From assembly GCA_964057225.1 (NCBI GenBank), contig OZ059894.1:22382001-22446000 (forward strand): 64,000 nucleotides of DNA, given 5' to 3'. This DNA comes from Auanema rhodensis. Its lineage: Eukaryota; Animalia; Nematoda. The position numbers were made by a program, and so were the translations under genes. Under the pieces are notes generated by a model. The model was not told the origin of the DNA and did not search any database. It saw only the letters and a program-made list of their open reading frames with translations. This document shows, piece by piece, positions 1 to 14,000 of the stretch; position 1 is the first letter of the stretch, and every line of letters begins with the position of its first letter.

Positions 1-129
1 TTAATTTTTTCGTTGAATAACATTGTCCATCGTCTTTGCCTTAGAAAAAGGAATCTAAAAACATCTACTTTTTGCTGAATTATTCTGAAATTTTTCGAAA
101 AAATTTTTGTCAAAATGTTTTTGGAAGCA

Positions 130-157
130 ATGTTGAGTGTACATGGAAACTCAACAT
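130..157. other. Inverted repeat within the monomer (9-bp stem, 10-nt loop); example copy
   Basis: ATGTTGAGT (130-138) is the reverse complement of ACTCAACAT (149-157). Confidence 0.9.
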
Positions 158-783
158 ACACTAATGCATCATTTTTCAAACGATCATAACTAATTTTTGT
201 ATTAAGCGTTTCTCAATGTAGTATAGTGCATTCGATGCGGATTTTTAAGCTGCGTCGATCTGTGTTATCAGATTTGAGCTAGCTTAAAAATGCACCGAGA
301 TATCAACTGATATAAGTTTACACTTGTATCCTCGATTTTCACCCTGAAGAATTAATTTTTTCGTTGAATCACATTGTCCATCGTCTTTGCCTTAAAAAAA
401 GGAATCTAAAAACATCTACTTTTTGCTAAATTATTTTGAAATTTTCCGAAAAAATTTTTGTCAAAATGTTTTTGGAAGCAATGTTGAGTGTACATGGAAA
501 CTCAACATACACTAATGCATCATTTTTCAAACGATCATAACTAATTTTTGTATTAAGCGTTTCTCAATGTAGTATAGTGCATTCGATGCGGATTTTTGAG
601 CTGCGTCGATCTGTGTTATCAGATTTGCGCTAGCTTAAAAATGCACCGAGATATCAACTGATATAAGTTCACACTTATATCCTCGATTTTCACCCTGAAG
701 AATTAATTTTTTCGTTGAATAACATTGTCCATCGTCTTTGCCTTGAAAAAAGGAATCTAAAAACATTTACTTTTTCCTAAATT

Positions 784-818
784 ATTTTGAAATTTTTCGA
801 AAAAATTTTTGTCAAAAT
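784..818. other. A/T-tract dyad within the monomer (positions 82-116); example copy in monomer 3
   Basis: A perfect 12-bp palindrome TTTTTCGAAAAA is flanked, off-centre, by ATTTTGA / TCAAAAT. Confidence 0.75.
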
Positions 819-942
819 GTTTTTGGAAGCAATGTTGAGTGTACATGGAAACTCAACATACACTAATGCATCATTTTTCAAACGATCATAACTAATTTTT
901 GTATTAAGCGTTTCTCAATGTAGTATAGTGCATTCGATGCGG

Positions 943-993
943 ATTTTTAAGCTGCGTCGATCTGTGTTATCAGATTTGCGCTAGCTTAAAAAT
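943..993. other. 51-nt imperfect inverted repeat within the monomer (positions 241-291); example copy in monomer 3
   Basis: ATTTTTAAGCT / AGCTTAAAAAT (11 bp), a 1-nt bulge, GCG/CGC, then ATCTG/CAGAT closing a TGTTAT loop. Confidence 0.9.
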
Positions 994-1010
994 GCACCGA
1001 GATATCAACT

Positions 1011-1032
1011 GATATAAGTTCACACTTATATC
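1011..1032. other. Inverted repeat within the monomer (positions 309-330; 9-bp stem, 4-nt loop); example copy in monomer 3
   Basis: GATATAAGT-TCAC-ACTTATATC; it overlaps an alternative ATATCA-AC-TGATAT dyad at monomer positions 300-313. Confidence 0.9.
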
Positions 1033-4000
1033 CTCGATTTTCACCCTGAAGAATTAATTTTTTCGTTGAATAACATTGTCCATCGTCTTTGCCTTGAAAA
1101 AAGAAATCTAAAAACATCTACTTTTTCCTAAATTATTTTGAAGTTTTTCGAAAAAATTTTTGTCAAAATGTTTTTGGAAGCAATGTTGAGTGTACATGGA
1201 AACTCAACATACACTAATGCATCATTTTTCAAACGATCATAACTAATTTTTGTATTAAGCGTTTCTCAATGTAAAATAGTGCATTCGATGCGGATTTTTG
1301 AGCTGCGTCGATCTGTGTTATCAGATTTGCGCTAGCTTAAAAATGCACCGAGATATCAACTGATATAAGTTCACACTTATATCCTCGATTTTCACCCTGA
1401 AGAATTAATTTTTTCGTTGAATAACATTGTCCATCGTCTTTGCCTTGAAAAAAGAAATCTAAAAACATCTACTTTTTCCTAAATTATTTTGAAGTTTTTC
1501 GAAAAAATTTTTGTCAAAATGTTTTTGGAAGCAATGTTGAGTGTACATGGAAACTCAACATACACTAATGCATCATTTTTCAAACGATCATAACTAATTT
1601 TTGTATTAAGCGTTTCTCAATGTAAAATAGTGCATTCGATGCGGATTTTTGAGCTGCGTCGATCTGTGTTATCAGATTTGCGCTAGCTTAAAAATGCACC
1701 GAGATATCAACTGATATAAGTTCACACTTATATCCTCGATTTTCACCCTGAAGAATTAATTTTTTCGTTGAATAACATTGTCCATCGTCTTTGCCTTGAA
1801 AAAAGGAATCTAAAAACATTTACTTTTTCCTAAATTATTTTGAAATTTTTCGAAAAAATTTTTGTCAAAATGTTTTTGGAAGCAATGTTGAGTGTACATG
1901 GAAACTCAACATACACTAATGCATCATTTTTCAAACGATCATAACTAATTTTTGTATCAAACGTTTCTCATTGTAGTATAGTGCATTCGATGCGGATTTT
2001 TAAGCTGCGTCGATCTGTGTTATCAGATTTGCGCTAGCTTAAAAATGCACCGAGATATCAACTGATATAAGTTCACACTTATATCCTCGATTTTCACCCT
2101 GAAGAATTAATTTTTTCGTTGAATAACATTGTCCATCGTCTTTGCCTTGGAAAAAGGAATCTAAAAACATCTACTTTTTGCTGAATTATTCTGAAATTTT
2201 TCGAAAAAATTTTTGTCAAAATGTTTTTGGAAGCAATGTTGAGTGTACATGGAAACTCAACATACACTAATGCATCATTTTTCAAACGATCATAACTAAT
2301 TTTTGTATTAAGCGTTTCTCAATGTAGTATAGTGCATTCGATGCGGATTTTTGAGCTGCGTCGATCTGTGTTATCAGATTTGCGCTAGCTTAAAAATGCA
2401 CCGAGATATCAACTGATATAAGTTCACACTTATATCCTCGATTTTCACCCTGAAGAATTAATTTTTTCGTTGAATAACATTGTCCATCGTCTTTGCCTTG
2501 GAAAAAGGAATCTAAAAACATCTACTTTTTGCTGAATTATTCTGAAATTTTTCGAAAAAATTTTTGTCAAAATGTTTTTGGAAGCAATGTTGAGTGTACA
2601 TGGAAACTCAACATACACTAATGCATCATTTTTCAAACGATCATAACTAATTTTTGTATTAAGCATTTCTCAATGTAGTATAGTGCATTCGATGCGGATT
2701 TTTAAGCTGCGTCGATCTGTGTTATCAGATTTGAGCTAGCTTAAAAATGCACCGAGATATCAACTGATATAAGTTCACACTTATATCCTCGATTTTCACC
2801 CTGAAGAATTAATTTTTTCGTTGAATAACATTGTCCATCGTCTTTGCCTTGGAAAAAGGAATCTAAAAACATCTACTTTTTGCTGAATTATTCTGAAATT
2901 TTTCGAAAAAATTTTTGTCAAAATGTTTTTGGAAGCAATGTTGAGTGTACATGGAAACTCAACATACACTAATGCGTCATTTTTCAAACGATCATAACTA
3001 ATTTTTGTATTAAGCGTTTCTCAATGTAGTATAGTGCATTCGATGCGGATTTTTGAGCTGCGTCGATCTGTGTTATCAGATTTGCGCTAGCTTAAAAATG
3101 CACCGAGATATCAACTGATATAAGTTCACACTTATATCCTCGATTTTCACCCTGAAGAATTAATTTTTTCGTTGAATAACATTGTCCATCGTCTTTGCCT
3201 TGGAAAAAGGAATCTAAAAACATCTACTTTTTGCTGAATTATTCTGAAATTTTTCGAAAAAATTTTTGTCAAAATGTTTTTGGAAGCAATGTTGAGTGTA
3301 CATGGAAACTCAACATACACTAATGCATCATTTTTCAAACGATCATAACTAATTTTTGTATTAAGCATTTCTCAATGTAGTATAGTGCATTCGATGCGGA
3401 TTTTTAAGCTGCGTCGATCTGTGTTATCAGATTTGAGCTAGCTTAAAAATGCACCGAGATATCAACTGATATAAGTTTACACTTGTATCCTCGATTTTCA
3501 CCCTGAAGAATTAATTTTTTCGTTGAATAACATTGTCCATCGTCTTTGCCTTGAAAAATGGAATCTAAAAACATCTACTTTTTGCTAAATTATTTTGAAA
3601 TTTTTCGAAAAAATTTTTGTCAAAATGTTTTTGGAAGCAATGTTGAGTGTACATGGAAACTCAACACACACTAATGCATCATTTTTCAAACGATCATAAC
3701 TAATTTGTGTATTAAGCGTTTCTCAATGTAGTATAGTGCATTCAATGCGGATTTTTAAGCTGCGTCGATCTGTGTTATCAGATTTGCGCTAGCTTAAAAA
3801 TGCACCGAGATATCAACTGATATAAGTTCACACTTATATCCTCGATTTTCACCCTGAAGAATTAATTTTTTCGTTGAATAACATTGTCCATCGTCTTTGC
3901 CTTGAAAAAAGAAATCTAAAAACATCTACTTTTTCCTAAATTATTTTGAAGTTTTTCGAAAAAATTTTTGTCAAAATGTTTTTGGAAGCAATGTTGAGTG

Positions 4001-7000
4001 TACATGGAAACTCAACATACACTAATGCATCATTTTTCAAACGATCATAACTAATTTTTGTATTAAACGTTTCTCAATGTAGTATAGTGCATTCGATGCG
4101 GATTTTTGAGCTGCGTCGATCTGTGTTATCAGATTTGCGCTAGCTTAAAAATGCACCGAGATATCAACTGATATAAGTTCACACTTATATCCTCGATTTT
4201 CACCCTGAAGAATTAATTTTTTCGTTGAATAACATTGTCCATCGTCTTTGCCTTGGAAAAAGGAATCTAAAAACATCTACTTTTTGCTGAATTATTCTGA
4301 AATTTTTCGAAAAAATTTTTGTCAAAATGTTTTTGGAAGCAATGTTGAGTGTACATGGAAACTCAACATACACTAATGCATCATTTTTCAAACGATCATA
4401 ACTAATTTTTGTATTAAGCATTTCTCAATGTAGTATAGTGCATTCGATGCGGATTTTTAAGCTGCGTCGATCTGTGTTATCAGATTTGAGCTAGCTTAAA
4501 AATGCACCGAGATATCAACTGATATAAGTTCACACTTATATCCTCGATTTTCACCCTGAAGAATTAATTTTTTCGTTGAATAACATTGTCCATCGTCTTT
4601 GCCTTGGAAAAAGGAATCTAAAAACATCTACTTTTTGCTGAATTATTCTGAAATTTTTCGAAAAAATTTTTGTCAAAATGTTTTTGGAAGCAATGTTGAG
4701 TGTACATGGAAACTCAACATACACTAATGCGTCATTTTTCAAACGATCATAACTAATTTTTGTATTAAGCGTTTCTCAATGTAGTATAGTGCATTCGATG
4801 CGGATTTTTGAGCTGCGTCGATCTGTGTTATCAGATTTGCGCTAGCTTAAAAATGCACCGAGATATCAACTGATATAAGTTCACACTTATATCCTCGATT
4901 TTCACCCTGAAGAATTAATTTTTTCGTTGAATAACATTGTCCATCGTCTTTGCCTTGGAAAAAGGAATTTAAAAACATCTACTTTTTGCTGAATTATTCT
5001 GAAATTTTTCGAAAAAATTTTTGTCAAAATGTTTTTGGAAGCAATGTTGAGTGTACATGGAAACTCAACATACACTAATGCATCATTTTTCAAACGATCA
5101 TAACTAATTTTTGTATTAAGCATTTCTCAATGTAGTATAGTGCATTCGATGCGGATTTTTAAGCTGCGTCGATCTGTGTTATCAGATTTGAGCTAGCTTA
5201 AAAATGCACCGAGATATCAACTGATATAAGTTTACACTTGTATCCTCGATTTTCACCCTGAAGAATTAATTTTTTCGTTGAATAACATTGTCCATCGTCT
5301 TTGCCTTGAAAAATGGAATCTAAAAACATCTACTTTTTGCTAAATTATTTTGAAATTTTTCGAAAAAATTTTTGTCAAAATGTTTTTGGAAGCAATGTTG
5401 AGTGTACAAGGAAACTCAACACACACTAATGCATCATTTTTCAAACGATCATAACTAATTTGTGTATTAAGCGTTTCTCAATGTAGTATAGTGCATTCAA
5501 TGCGGATTTTTAAGCTGCGTCGATCTGTGTTATCAGATTTGCGCTAGCTTAAAAATGCACCGAGATATCAACTGATATAAGTTCACACTTATATCCTCGA
5601 TTTTCACCCTGAAGAATTAATTTTTTCGTTGAATCACATTGTCCATCGTCTTTGCCTTAAAAAAAGGAATCTAAAAACATCTACTTTTTGCTAAATTATT
5701 TTGAAATTTTTCGAAAAAATTTTTGTCAAAATGTTTTTGGAAGAAATGTTGAGTGTACATGGAAACTCAACATACACTAATGCATCATTTTTCAAACGAT
5801 CATAACTAATTTTTGTATTAAGCGTTTCTCAATGTAGTATAGTGCATTCGATGCGGATTTTTGAGCTGCGTCGATCTGTGTTATCAGATTTGCGCTAGCT
5901 TAAAAATGCACCGAGATATCAACTGATATAAGTTCACACTTATATCCTCGATTTTCACCCTGAAGAATTAATTTTTTCGTTGAATAACATTGTCCATCGT
6001 CTTTGCCTTGAAAAAAGGAATCTAAAAACATTTACTTTTTCCTAAATTATTTTGAAATTTTTCGAAAAAATTTTTGTCAAAATGTTTTTGGAAGCAATGT
6101 TGAGTGTACATGGAAACTCAACATACACTAATGCATCATTTTTCAAACGATCATAACTAATTTTTGTATTAAGCGTTTCTCAATGTAGTATAGTGCATTC
6201 GATGCGGATTTTTAAGCTGCGTCGATCTGTGTTATCAGATTTGCGCTAGCTTAAAAATGCACCGAGATATCAACTGATATAAGTTCACACTTATATCCTC
6301 GATTTTCACCCTGAAGAATTAATTTTTTCGTTGAATAACATTGTCCATCGTCTTTGCCTTGAAAAAAGAAATCTAAAAACATCTACTTTTTCCTAAATTA
6401 TTTTGAAGTTTTTCGAAAAAATTTTTGTCAAAATGTTTTTGGAAGCAATGTTGAGTGTACATGGAAACTCAACATACACTAATGCATCATTTTTCAAACG
6501 ATCATAACTAATTTTTGTATTAAGCGTTTCTCAATGTAAAATAGTGCATTCGATGCGGATTTTTGAGCTGCGTCGATCTGTGTTATCAGATTTGCGCTAG
6601 CTTAAAAATGCACCGAGATATCAACTGATATAAGTTCACACTTATATCCTCGATTTTCACCCTGAAGAATTAATTTTTTCGTTGAATAACATTGTCCATC
6701 GTCTTTGCCTTGAAAAAAGGAATCTAAAAACATCTACTTTTTCCTAAATTATTTTGAAGTTTTTCGAAAAAATTTTTGTCAAAATGTTTTTGGAAGCAAT
6801 GTTGAGTGTACATGGAAACTCAACATACACTAATGCATCATTTTTCAAACGATCATAACTAATTTTTGTATTAAGCGTTTCTCAATGTAAAATAGTGCAT
6901 TCGATGCGGATTTTTGAGCTGCGTCGATCTGTGTTATCAGATTTGCGCTAGCTTAAAAATGCACCGAGATATCAACTGATATAAGTTCACACTTATATCC

Positions 7001-8072
7001 TCGATTTTCACCCTGAAGAATTAATTTTTTCGTTGAATAACATTGTCCATCGTCTTTGCCTTGAAAAAAGGAATCTAAAAACATTTACTTTTTCCTAAAT
7101 TGTTTTGAAATTTTTCGAAAAAATTTTTGTCAAAATGTTTTTGGAAGCAATGTTGAGTGTACATGGAAACTCAACATACACTAATGCATCATTTTTCAAA
7201 CGATCATAACTAATTTTTGTATCAAACGTTTCTCAATGTAGTATAGTGCATTCGATGCGGATTTTTAAGCTGCGTCGATCTGTGTTATCAGATTTGCGCT
7301 AGCTTAAAAATGCACCGAGATATCAACTGATATAAGTTCACACTTATATCCTCGATTTTCACCCTGAAGAATTAATTTTTTCGTTGAATAACATTGTCCA
7401 TCGTCTTTGCCTTGGAAAAAGGAATCTAAAAACATCTACTTTTTGCTGAATTATTCTGAAATTTTTCGAAAAAATTTTGTCAAAATGTTTTTGGAAGCAA
7501 TGTTGAGTGTACATGGAAACTCAACATACACTAATGCATCATTTTTCAAACGATCATAACTAATTTTTGTATTAAGCGTTTCTCAATGTAGTATAGTGCA
7601 TTCGATGCGGATTTTTAAGCTGCGTCGATCTGTGTTATCAGATTTGCGCTAGCTTAAAAATGCACCGAGATATCAACTGATATAAGTTTACACTTGTATC
7701 CTCGATTTTCACCCTGAAGAATTAATTTTTTCGTTGAATAACATTGTCCATCGTCTTTGCCTTGAAAAATGGAATCTAAAAACATCTACTTTTTGCTAAA
7801 TTATTTTGAAATTTTTCGAAAAAATTTTTGTCAAAATGTTTTTGGAAGCAATGTTGAGTGTACATGGAAACTCAACACACACTAATGCATCATTTTTCAA
7901 ACGATCATAACTAATTTGTGTATTAAGCGTTTCTCAATGTAGTATAGTGCATTCAATGCGGATTTTTAAGCTGCGTCGATCTGTGTTATCAGATTTGCGC
8001 TAGCTTAAAAATGCACCGAGATATCAACTGATATAAGTTCACACTTATATCCTCGATTTTCACCCTGAAGAA

Positions 8073-11000
8073 TTAATTTTTTCGTTGAATAACATTGTCC
8101 ATCGTCTTTGCCTTGAAAAAAGGAATCTAAAAACATTTACTTTTTCCTAAATTATTTTGAAATTTTTCGAAAAAATTTTTGTCAAAATGTTTTTGGAAGC
8201 AATGTTGAGTGTACATGGAAACTCAACATACACTAATGCATCATTTTTCAAACGATCATAACTAATTTTTGTATTAAGCGTTTCTCAATGTAGTATAGTG
8301 CATTCGATGCGGATTTTTGAGCTGCGTCGATCTGTGTTATCAGATTTGCGCTAGCTTAAAAATGCACCGAGATATCAACTGATATAAGTTCACACTTATA
8401 TCCTCGATTTTCACCCTGAAGAATTAATTTTTTCGTTGAATAACATTGTCCATCGTCTTTGCCTTGGAAAAAGGAATCTAAAAACATCTACTTTTTGCTG
8501 AATTATTCTGAAATTTTTCGAAAAAATTTTTGTCAAAATGTTTTTGGAAGCAATGTTGAGTGTACATGGAAACTCAACATACACTAATGCATCATTTTTC
8601 AAACGATCATAACTAATTTTTGTATTAAGCATTTCTCAATGTAGTATAGTGCATTCGATGCGGATTTTTAAGCTGCGTCGATCTGTGTTATCAGATTTGA
8701 GCTGACTTAAAAATGCACCGAGATATCAACTGATATAAGTTCACACTTATATCCTCGATTTTCACCCTGAAGAATTAATTTTTTCGTTGAATAACATTGT
8801 CCATCGTCTTTGCCTTGGAAAAAGGAATCTAAAAACATCTACTTTTTGCTGAATTATTCTGAAATTTTTCGAAAAAATTTTTGTCAAAATGTTTTTGGAA
8901 GCAATGTTGAGTGTACATGGAAACTCAACATACACTAATGCGTCATTTTTCAAACGATCATAACTAATTTTTGTATTAAGCGTTTCTCAATGTAGTATAG
9001 TGCATTCGATGCGGATTTTTGAGCTGCGTCGATCTGTGTTATCAGATTTGCGCTAGCTTAAAAATGCACCGAGATATCAACTGATATAAGTTCACACTTA
9101 TATCCTCGATTTTCACCCTGAAGAATTAATTTTTTCGTTGAATAACATTGTCCATCGTCTTTGCCTTGGAAAAAGGAATCTAAAAACATCTACTTTTTGC
9201 TGAATTATTCTGAAATTTTTCGAAAAAATTTTTGTCAAAATGTTTTTGGAAGCAATGTTGAGTGTACATGGAAACTCAACATACACTAATGCATCATTTT
9301 TCAAACGATCATAACTAATTTTTGTATTAAGCATTTCTCAATGTAGTATAGTGCATTCGATGCGGATTTTTAGGCTGCGTCGATCTGTGTTATCAGATTT
9401 GAGCTAGCTTAAAAATGCACCGAGATATCAACTGATATAAGTTTACACTTGTATCCTCGATTTTCACCCTGAAGAATTAATTTTTTCGTTGAATAACATT
9501 GTCCATCGTCTTTGCCTTGAAAAATGGAATCTAAAAACATCTACTTTTTGCTAAATTATTTTGAAATTTTTCGAAAAAATTTTTGTCAAAATGTTTTTGG
9601 AAGCAATGTTGAGTGTACATGGAAACTCAACACACACTAATGCATCATTTTTCAAACGATCATAACTAATTTGTGTATTAAGCGTTTCTCAATGTAGTAT
9701 AGTGCATTCAATGCGGATTTTTAAGCTGCGTCGATCTGTGTTATCAGATTTGCGCTAGCTTAAAAATGCACCGAGATATCAACTGATATAAGTTCACACT
9801 TATATCCTCGATTTTCACCCTGAAGAATTAATTTTTTCGTTGAATCACATTGTCCATCGTCTTTGCCTTAAAAAAAGGAATCTAAAAACATCTACTTTTT
9901 GCTAAATTATTTTGAAATTTTTCGAAAAAATTTTTGTCAAAATGTTTTTGGAAGAAATGTTGAGTGTACATGGAAACTCAACATACACTAATGCATCATT
10001 TTTCAAACGATCATAACTAATTTTTGTATTAAGCGTTTCTCAATGTAGTATAGTGCATTCGATGCGGATTTTTGAGCTGCGTCGATCTGTGTTATCAGAT
10101 TTGCGCTAGCTTAAAAATGCACCGAGATATCAACTGATATAAGTTCACACTTATATCCTCGATTTTCACCCTGAAGAATTAATTTTTTCGTTGAATAACA
10201 TTGTCCATCGTCTTTGCCTTGAAAAAAGGAATCTAAAAACATTTACTTTTTCCTAAATTATTTTGAAATTTTTCGAAAAAATTTTTGTCAAAATGTTTTT
10301 GGAAGCAATGTTGAGTGTACATGGAAACTCAACATACACTAATGCATCATTTTTCAAACGATCATAACTAATTTTTGTATTAAGCGTTTCTCAATGTAGT
10401 ATAGTGCATTTGATGCGGATTTTTAAGCTGCGTCGATCTGTGTTATCAGATTTGCGCTAGCTTAAAAATGCACCGAGATATCAACTGATATAAGTTCACA
10501 CTTATATCCTCGATTTTCACCCTGAAGAATTAATTTTTTCGTTGAATAACATTGTCCATCGTCTTTGCCTTGAAAAAAGAAATCTAAAAACATCTACTTT
10601 TTCCTAAATTATTTTGAAGTTTTTCGAAAAAATTTTTGTCAAAATGTTTTTGGAAGCAATGTTGAGTGTACATGGAAACTCAACATACACTAATGCATCA
10701 TTTTTCAAACGATCATAACTAATTTTTGTATTAAGCGTTTCTCAATGTAAAATAGTGCATTCGATGCGGATTTTTGAGCTGCGTCGATCTGTGTTATCAG
10801 ATTTGCGCTAGCTTAAAAATGCACCGAGATATCAACTGATATAAGTTCACACTTATATCCTCGATTTTCACCCTGAAGAATTAATTTTTTCGTTGAATAA
10901 CATTGTCCATCGTCTTTGCCTTGAAAAAAGAAATCTAAAAACATCTACTTTTTCCTAAATTATTTTGAAGTTTTTCGAAAAAATTTTTGTCAAAATGTTT

Positions 11001-14000
11001 TTGGAAGCAATGTTGAGTGTACATGGAAACTCAACATACACTAATGCATCATTTTTCAAACGATCATAACTAATTTTTGTATTAAGCGTTTCTCAATGTA
11101 AAATAGTGCATTCGATGCGGATTTTTGAGCTGCGTCGATCTGTGTTATCAGATTTGCGCTAGCTTAAAAATGCACCGAGATATCAACTGATATAAGTTCA
11201 CACTTATATCCTCGATTTTCACCCTGAAGAATTAATTTTTTCGTTGAATAACATTGTCCATCGTCTTTGCCTTGAAAAAAGAAATCTAAAAACATCTACT
11301 TTTTCCTAAATTATTTTGAAGTTTTTCGAAAAAATTTTTGTCAAAATGTTTTTGGAAGCAATGTTGAGTGTACATGGAAACTCAACATACACTAATGCAT
11401 CATTTTTCAAACGATCATAACTAATTTTTGTATTAAGCGTTTCTCAATGTAAAATAGTGCATTCGATGCGGATTTTTGAGCTGCGTCGATCTGTGTTATC
11501 AGATTTGCGCTAGCTTAAAAATGCACCGAGATATCAACTGATATAAGTTCACACTTATATCCTCGATTTTCACCCTGAAGAATTAATTTTTTCGTTGAAT
11601 AACATTGTCCATCGTCTTTGCCTTGAAAAAAGGAATCTAAAAACATTTACTTTTTCCTAAATTATTTTGAAATTTTTCGAAAAAATTTTTGTCAAAATGT
11701 TTTTGGAAGCAATGTTGAGTGTACATGGAAACTCAACATACACTAATGCATCATTTTTCAAACGATCATAACTAATTTTTGTATTAAGCGTTTCTCAATG
11801 TAGTATAGTGCATTCGATGCGGATTTTTGAGCTGCGTCGATCTGTGTTATCAGATTTGCGCTAGCTTAAAAATGCACCGAGATATCAACTGATATAAGTT
11901 CACACTTATATCCTCGATTTTCACCCTGAAGAATTAATTTTTTCGTTGAATAACATTGTCCATCGTCTTTGCCTTGGAAAAAGGAATCTAAAAACATCTA
12001 CTTTTTGCTGAATTATTCTGAAATTTTTCGAAAAAATTTTTGTCAAAATGTTTTTGGAAGCAATGTTGAGTGTACATGGAAACTCAACATACACTAATGC
12101 ATCATTTTTCAAACGATCATAACTAATTTTTGTATTAAGCATTTCTCAATGTAGTATAGTGCATTCGATGCGGATTTTTAAGCTGCGTCGATCTGTGTTA
12201 TCAGATTTGAGCTGACTTAAAAATGCACCGAGATATCAACTGATATAAGTTCACACTTATATCCTCGATTTTCACCCTGAAGAATTAATTTTTTCGTTGA
12301 ATAACATTGTCCATCGTCTTTGCCTTGGAAAAAGGAATCTAAAAACATCTACTTTTTGCTGAATTATTCTGAAATTTTTCGAAAAAATTTTTGTCAAAAT
12401 GTTTTTGGAAGCAATGTTGAGTGTACATGGAAACTCAACATACACTAATGCGTCATTTTTCAAACGATCATAACTAATTTTTGTATTAAGCGTTTCTCAA
12501 TGTAGTATAGTGCATTCGATGCGGATTTTTGAGCTGCGTCGATCTGTGTTATCAGATTTGCGCTAGCTTAAAAATGCACCGAGATATCAACTGATATAAG
12601 TTCACACTTATATCCTCGATTTTCACCCTGAAGAATTAATTTTTTCGTTGAATAACATTGTCCATCGTCTTTGCCTTGGAAAAAGGAATCTAAAAACATC
12701 TACTTTTTGCTGAATTATTCTGAAATTTTTCGAAAAAATTTTTGTCAAAATGTTTTTGGAAGCAATGTTGAGTGTACATGGAAACTCAACATACACTAAT
12801 GCATCATTTTTCAAACGATCATAACTAATTTTTGTATTAAGCATTTCTCAATGTAGTATAGTGCATTCGATGCGGATTTTTAGGCTGCGTCGATCTGTGT
12901 TATCAGATTTGAGCTAGCTTAAAAATGCACCGAGATATCAACTGATATAAGTTTACACTTGTATCCTCGATTTTCACCCTGAAGAATTAATTTTTTCGTT
13001 GAATAACATTGTCCATCGTCTTTGCCTTGAAAAATGGAATCTAAAAACATCTACTTTTTGCTAAATTATTTTGAAATTTTTCGAAAAAATTTTTGTCAAA
13101 ATGTTTTTGGAAGCAATGTTGAGTGTACATGGAAACTCAACACACACTAATGCATCATTTTTCAAACGATCATAACTAATTTGTGTATTAAGCGTTTCTC
13201 AATGTAGTATAGTGCATTCAATGCGGATTTTTAAGCTGCGTCGATCTGTGTTATCAGATTTGCGCTAGCTTAAAAATGCACCGAGATATCAACTGATATA
13301 AGTTCACACTTATATCCTCGATTTTCACCCTGAAGAATTAATTTTTTCGTTGAATCACATTGTCCATCGTCTTTGCCTTAAAAAAAGGAATCTAAAAACA
13401 TCTACTTTTTGCTAAATTATTTTGAAATTTTTCGAAAAAATTTTTGTCAAAATGTTTTTGGAAGAAATGTTGAGTGTACATGGAAACTCAACATACACTA
13501 ATGCATCATTTTTCAAACGATCATAACTAATTTTTGTATTAAGCGTTTCTCAATGTAGTATAGTGCATTCGATGCGGATTTTTGAGCTGCGTCGATCTGT
13601 GTTATCAGATTTGCGCTAGCTTAAAAATGCACCGAGATATCAACTGATATAAGTTCACACTTATATCCTCGATTTTCACCCTGAAGAATTAATTTTTTCG
13701 TTGAATAACATTGTCCATCGTCTTTGCCTTGAAAAAAGGAATCTAAAAACATTTACTTTTTCCTAAATTATTTTGAAATTTTTCGAAAAAATTTTTGTCA
13801 AAATGTTTTTGGAAGCAATGTTGAGTGTACATGGAAACTCAACATACACTAATGCATCATTTTTCAAACGATCATAACTAATTTTTGTATTAAGCGTTTC
13901 TCAATGTAGTATAGTGCATTTGATGCGGATTTTTAAGCTGCGTCGATCTGTGTTATCAGATTTGCGCTAGCTTAAAAATGCACCGAGATATCAACTGATA

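Noticed and set aside
8-24. CENP-B-box-like TTTCGTTGAATAACATT
   Set aside because: It matches only TTCG and the central A of nTTCGnnnnAnnCGGGn; the CGGG half is missing.
226-240. Tandem tRNA, 5S or SINE unit (ATTCGATGC resembling a Pol III B box)
   Set aside because: Poor match to GTTCGANNC, no convincing A box or cloverleaf, and no 5S or spliced-leader sequence I recognise.
241-291. MITE or Helitron-derived unit (hairpin containing CTAG)
   Set aside because: No element termini, target-site duplications or flanking sequence are present, and CTAG lies inside the stem rather than downstream of a GC-rich hairpin.
1-351. Monomer as an ancient dimer of two ~175-bp subunits
   Set aside because: The two halves show no alignable similarity by eye beyond short TAATTTTT-type words.
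344-400. Hammerhead ribozyme core (CTGAAGA fits CUGANGA), as known in some animal satellites
   Set aside because: I cannot build stem II between CTGAAGA and a downstream GAAA, nor stems I and III. Many domain C copies change the motif to CTGAAGG. An Infernal/Rfam scan would settle it.
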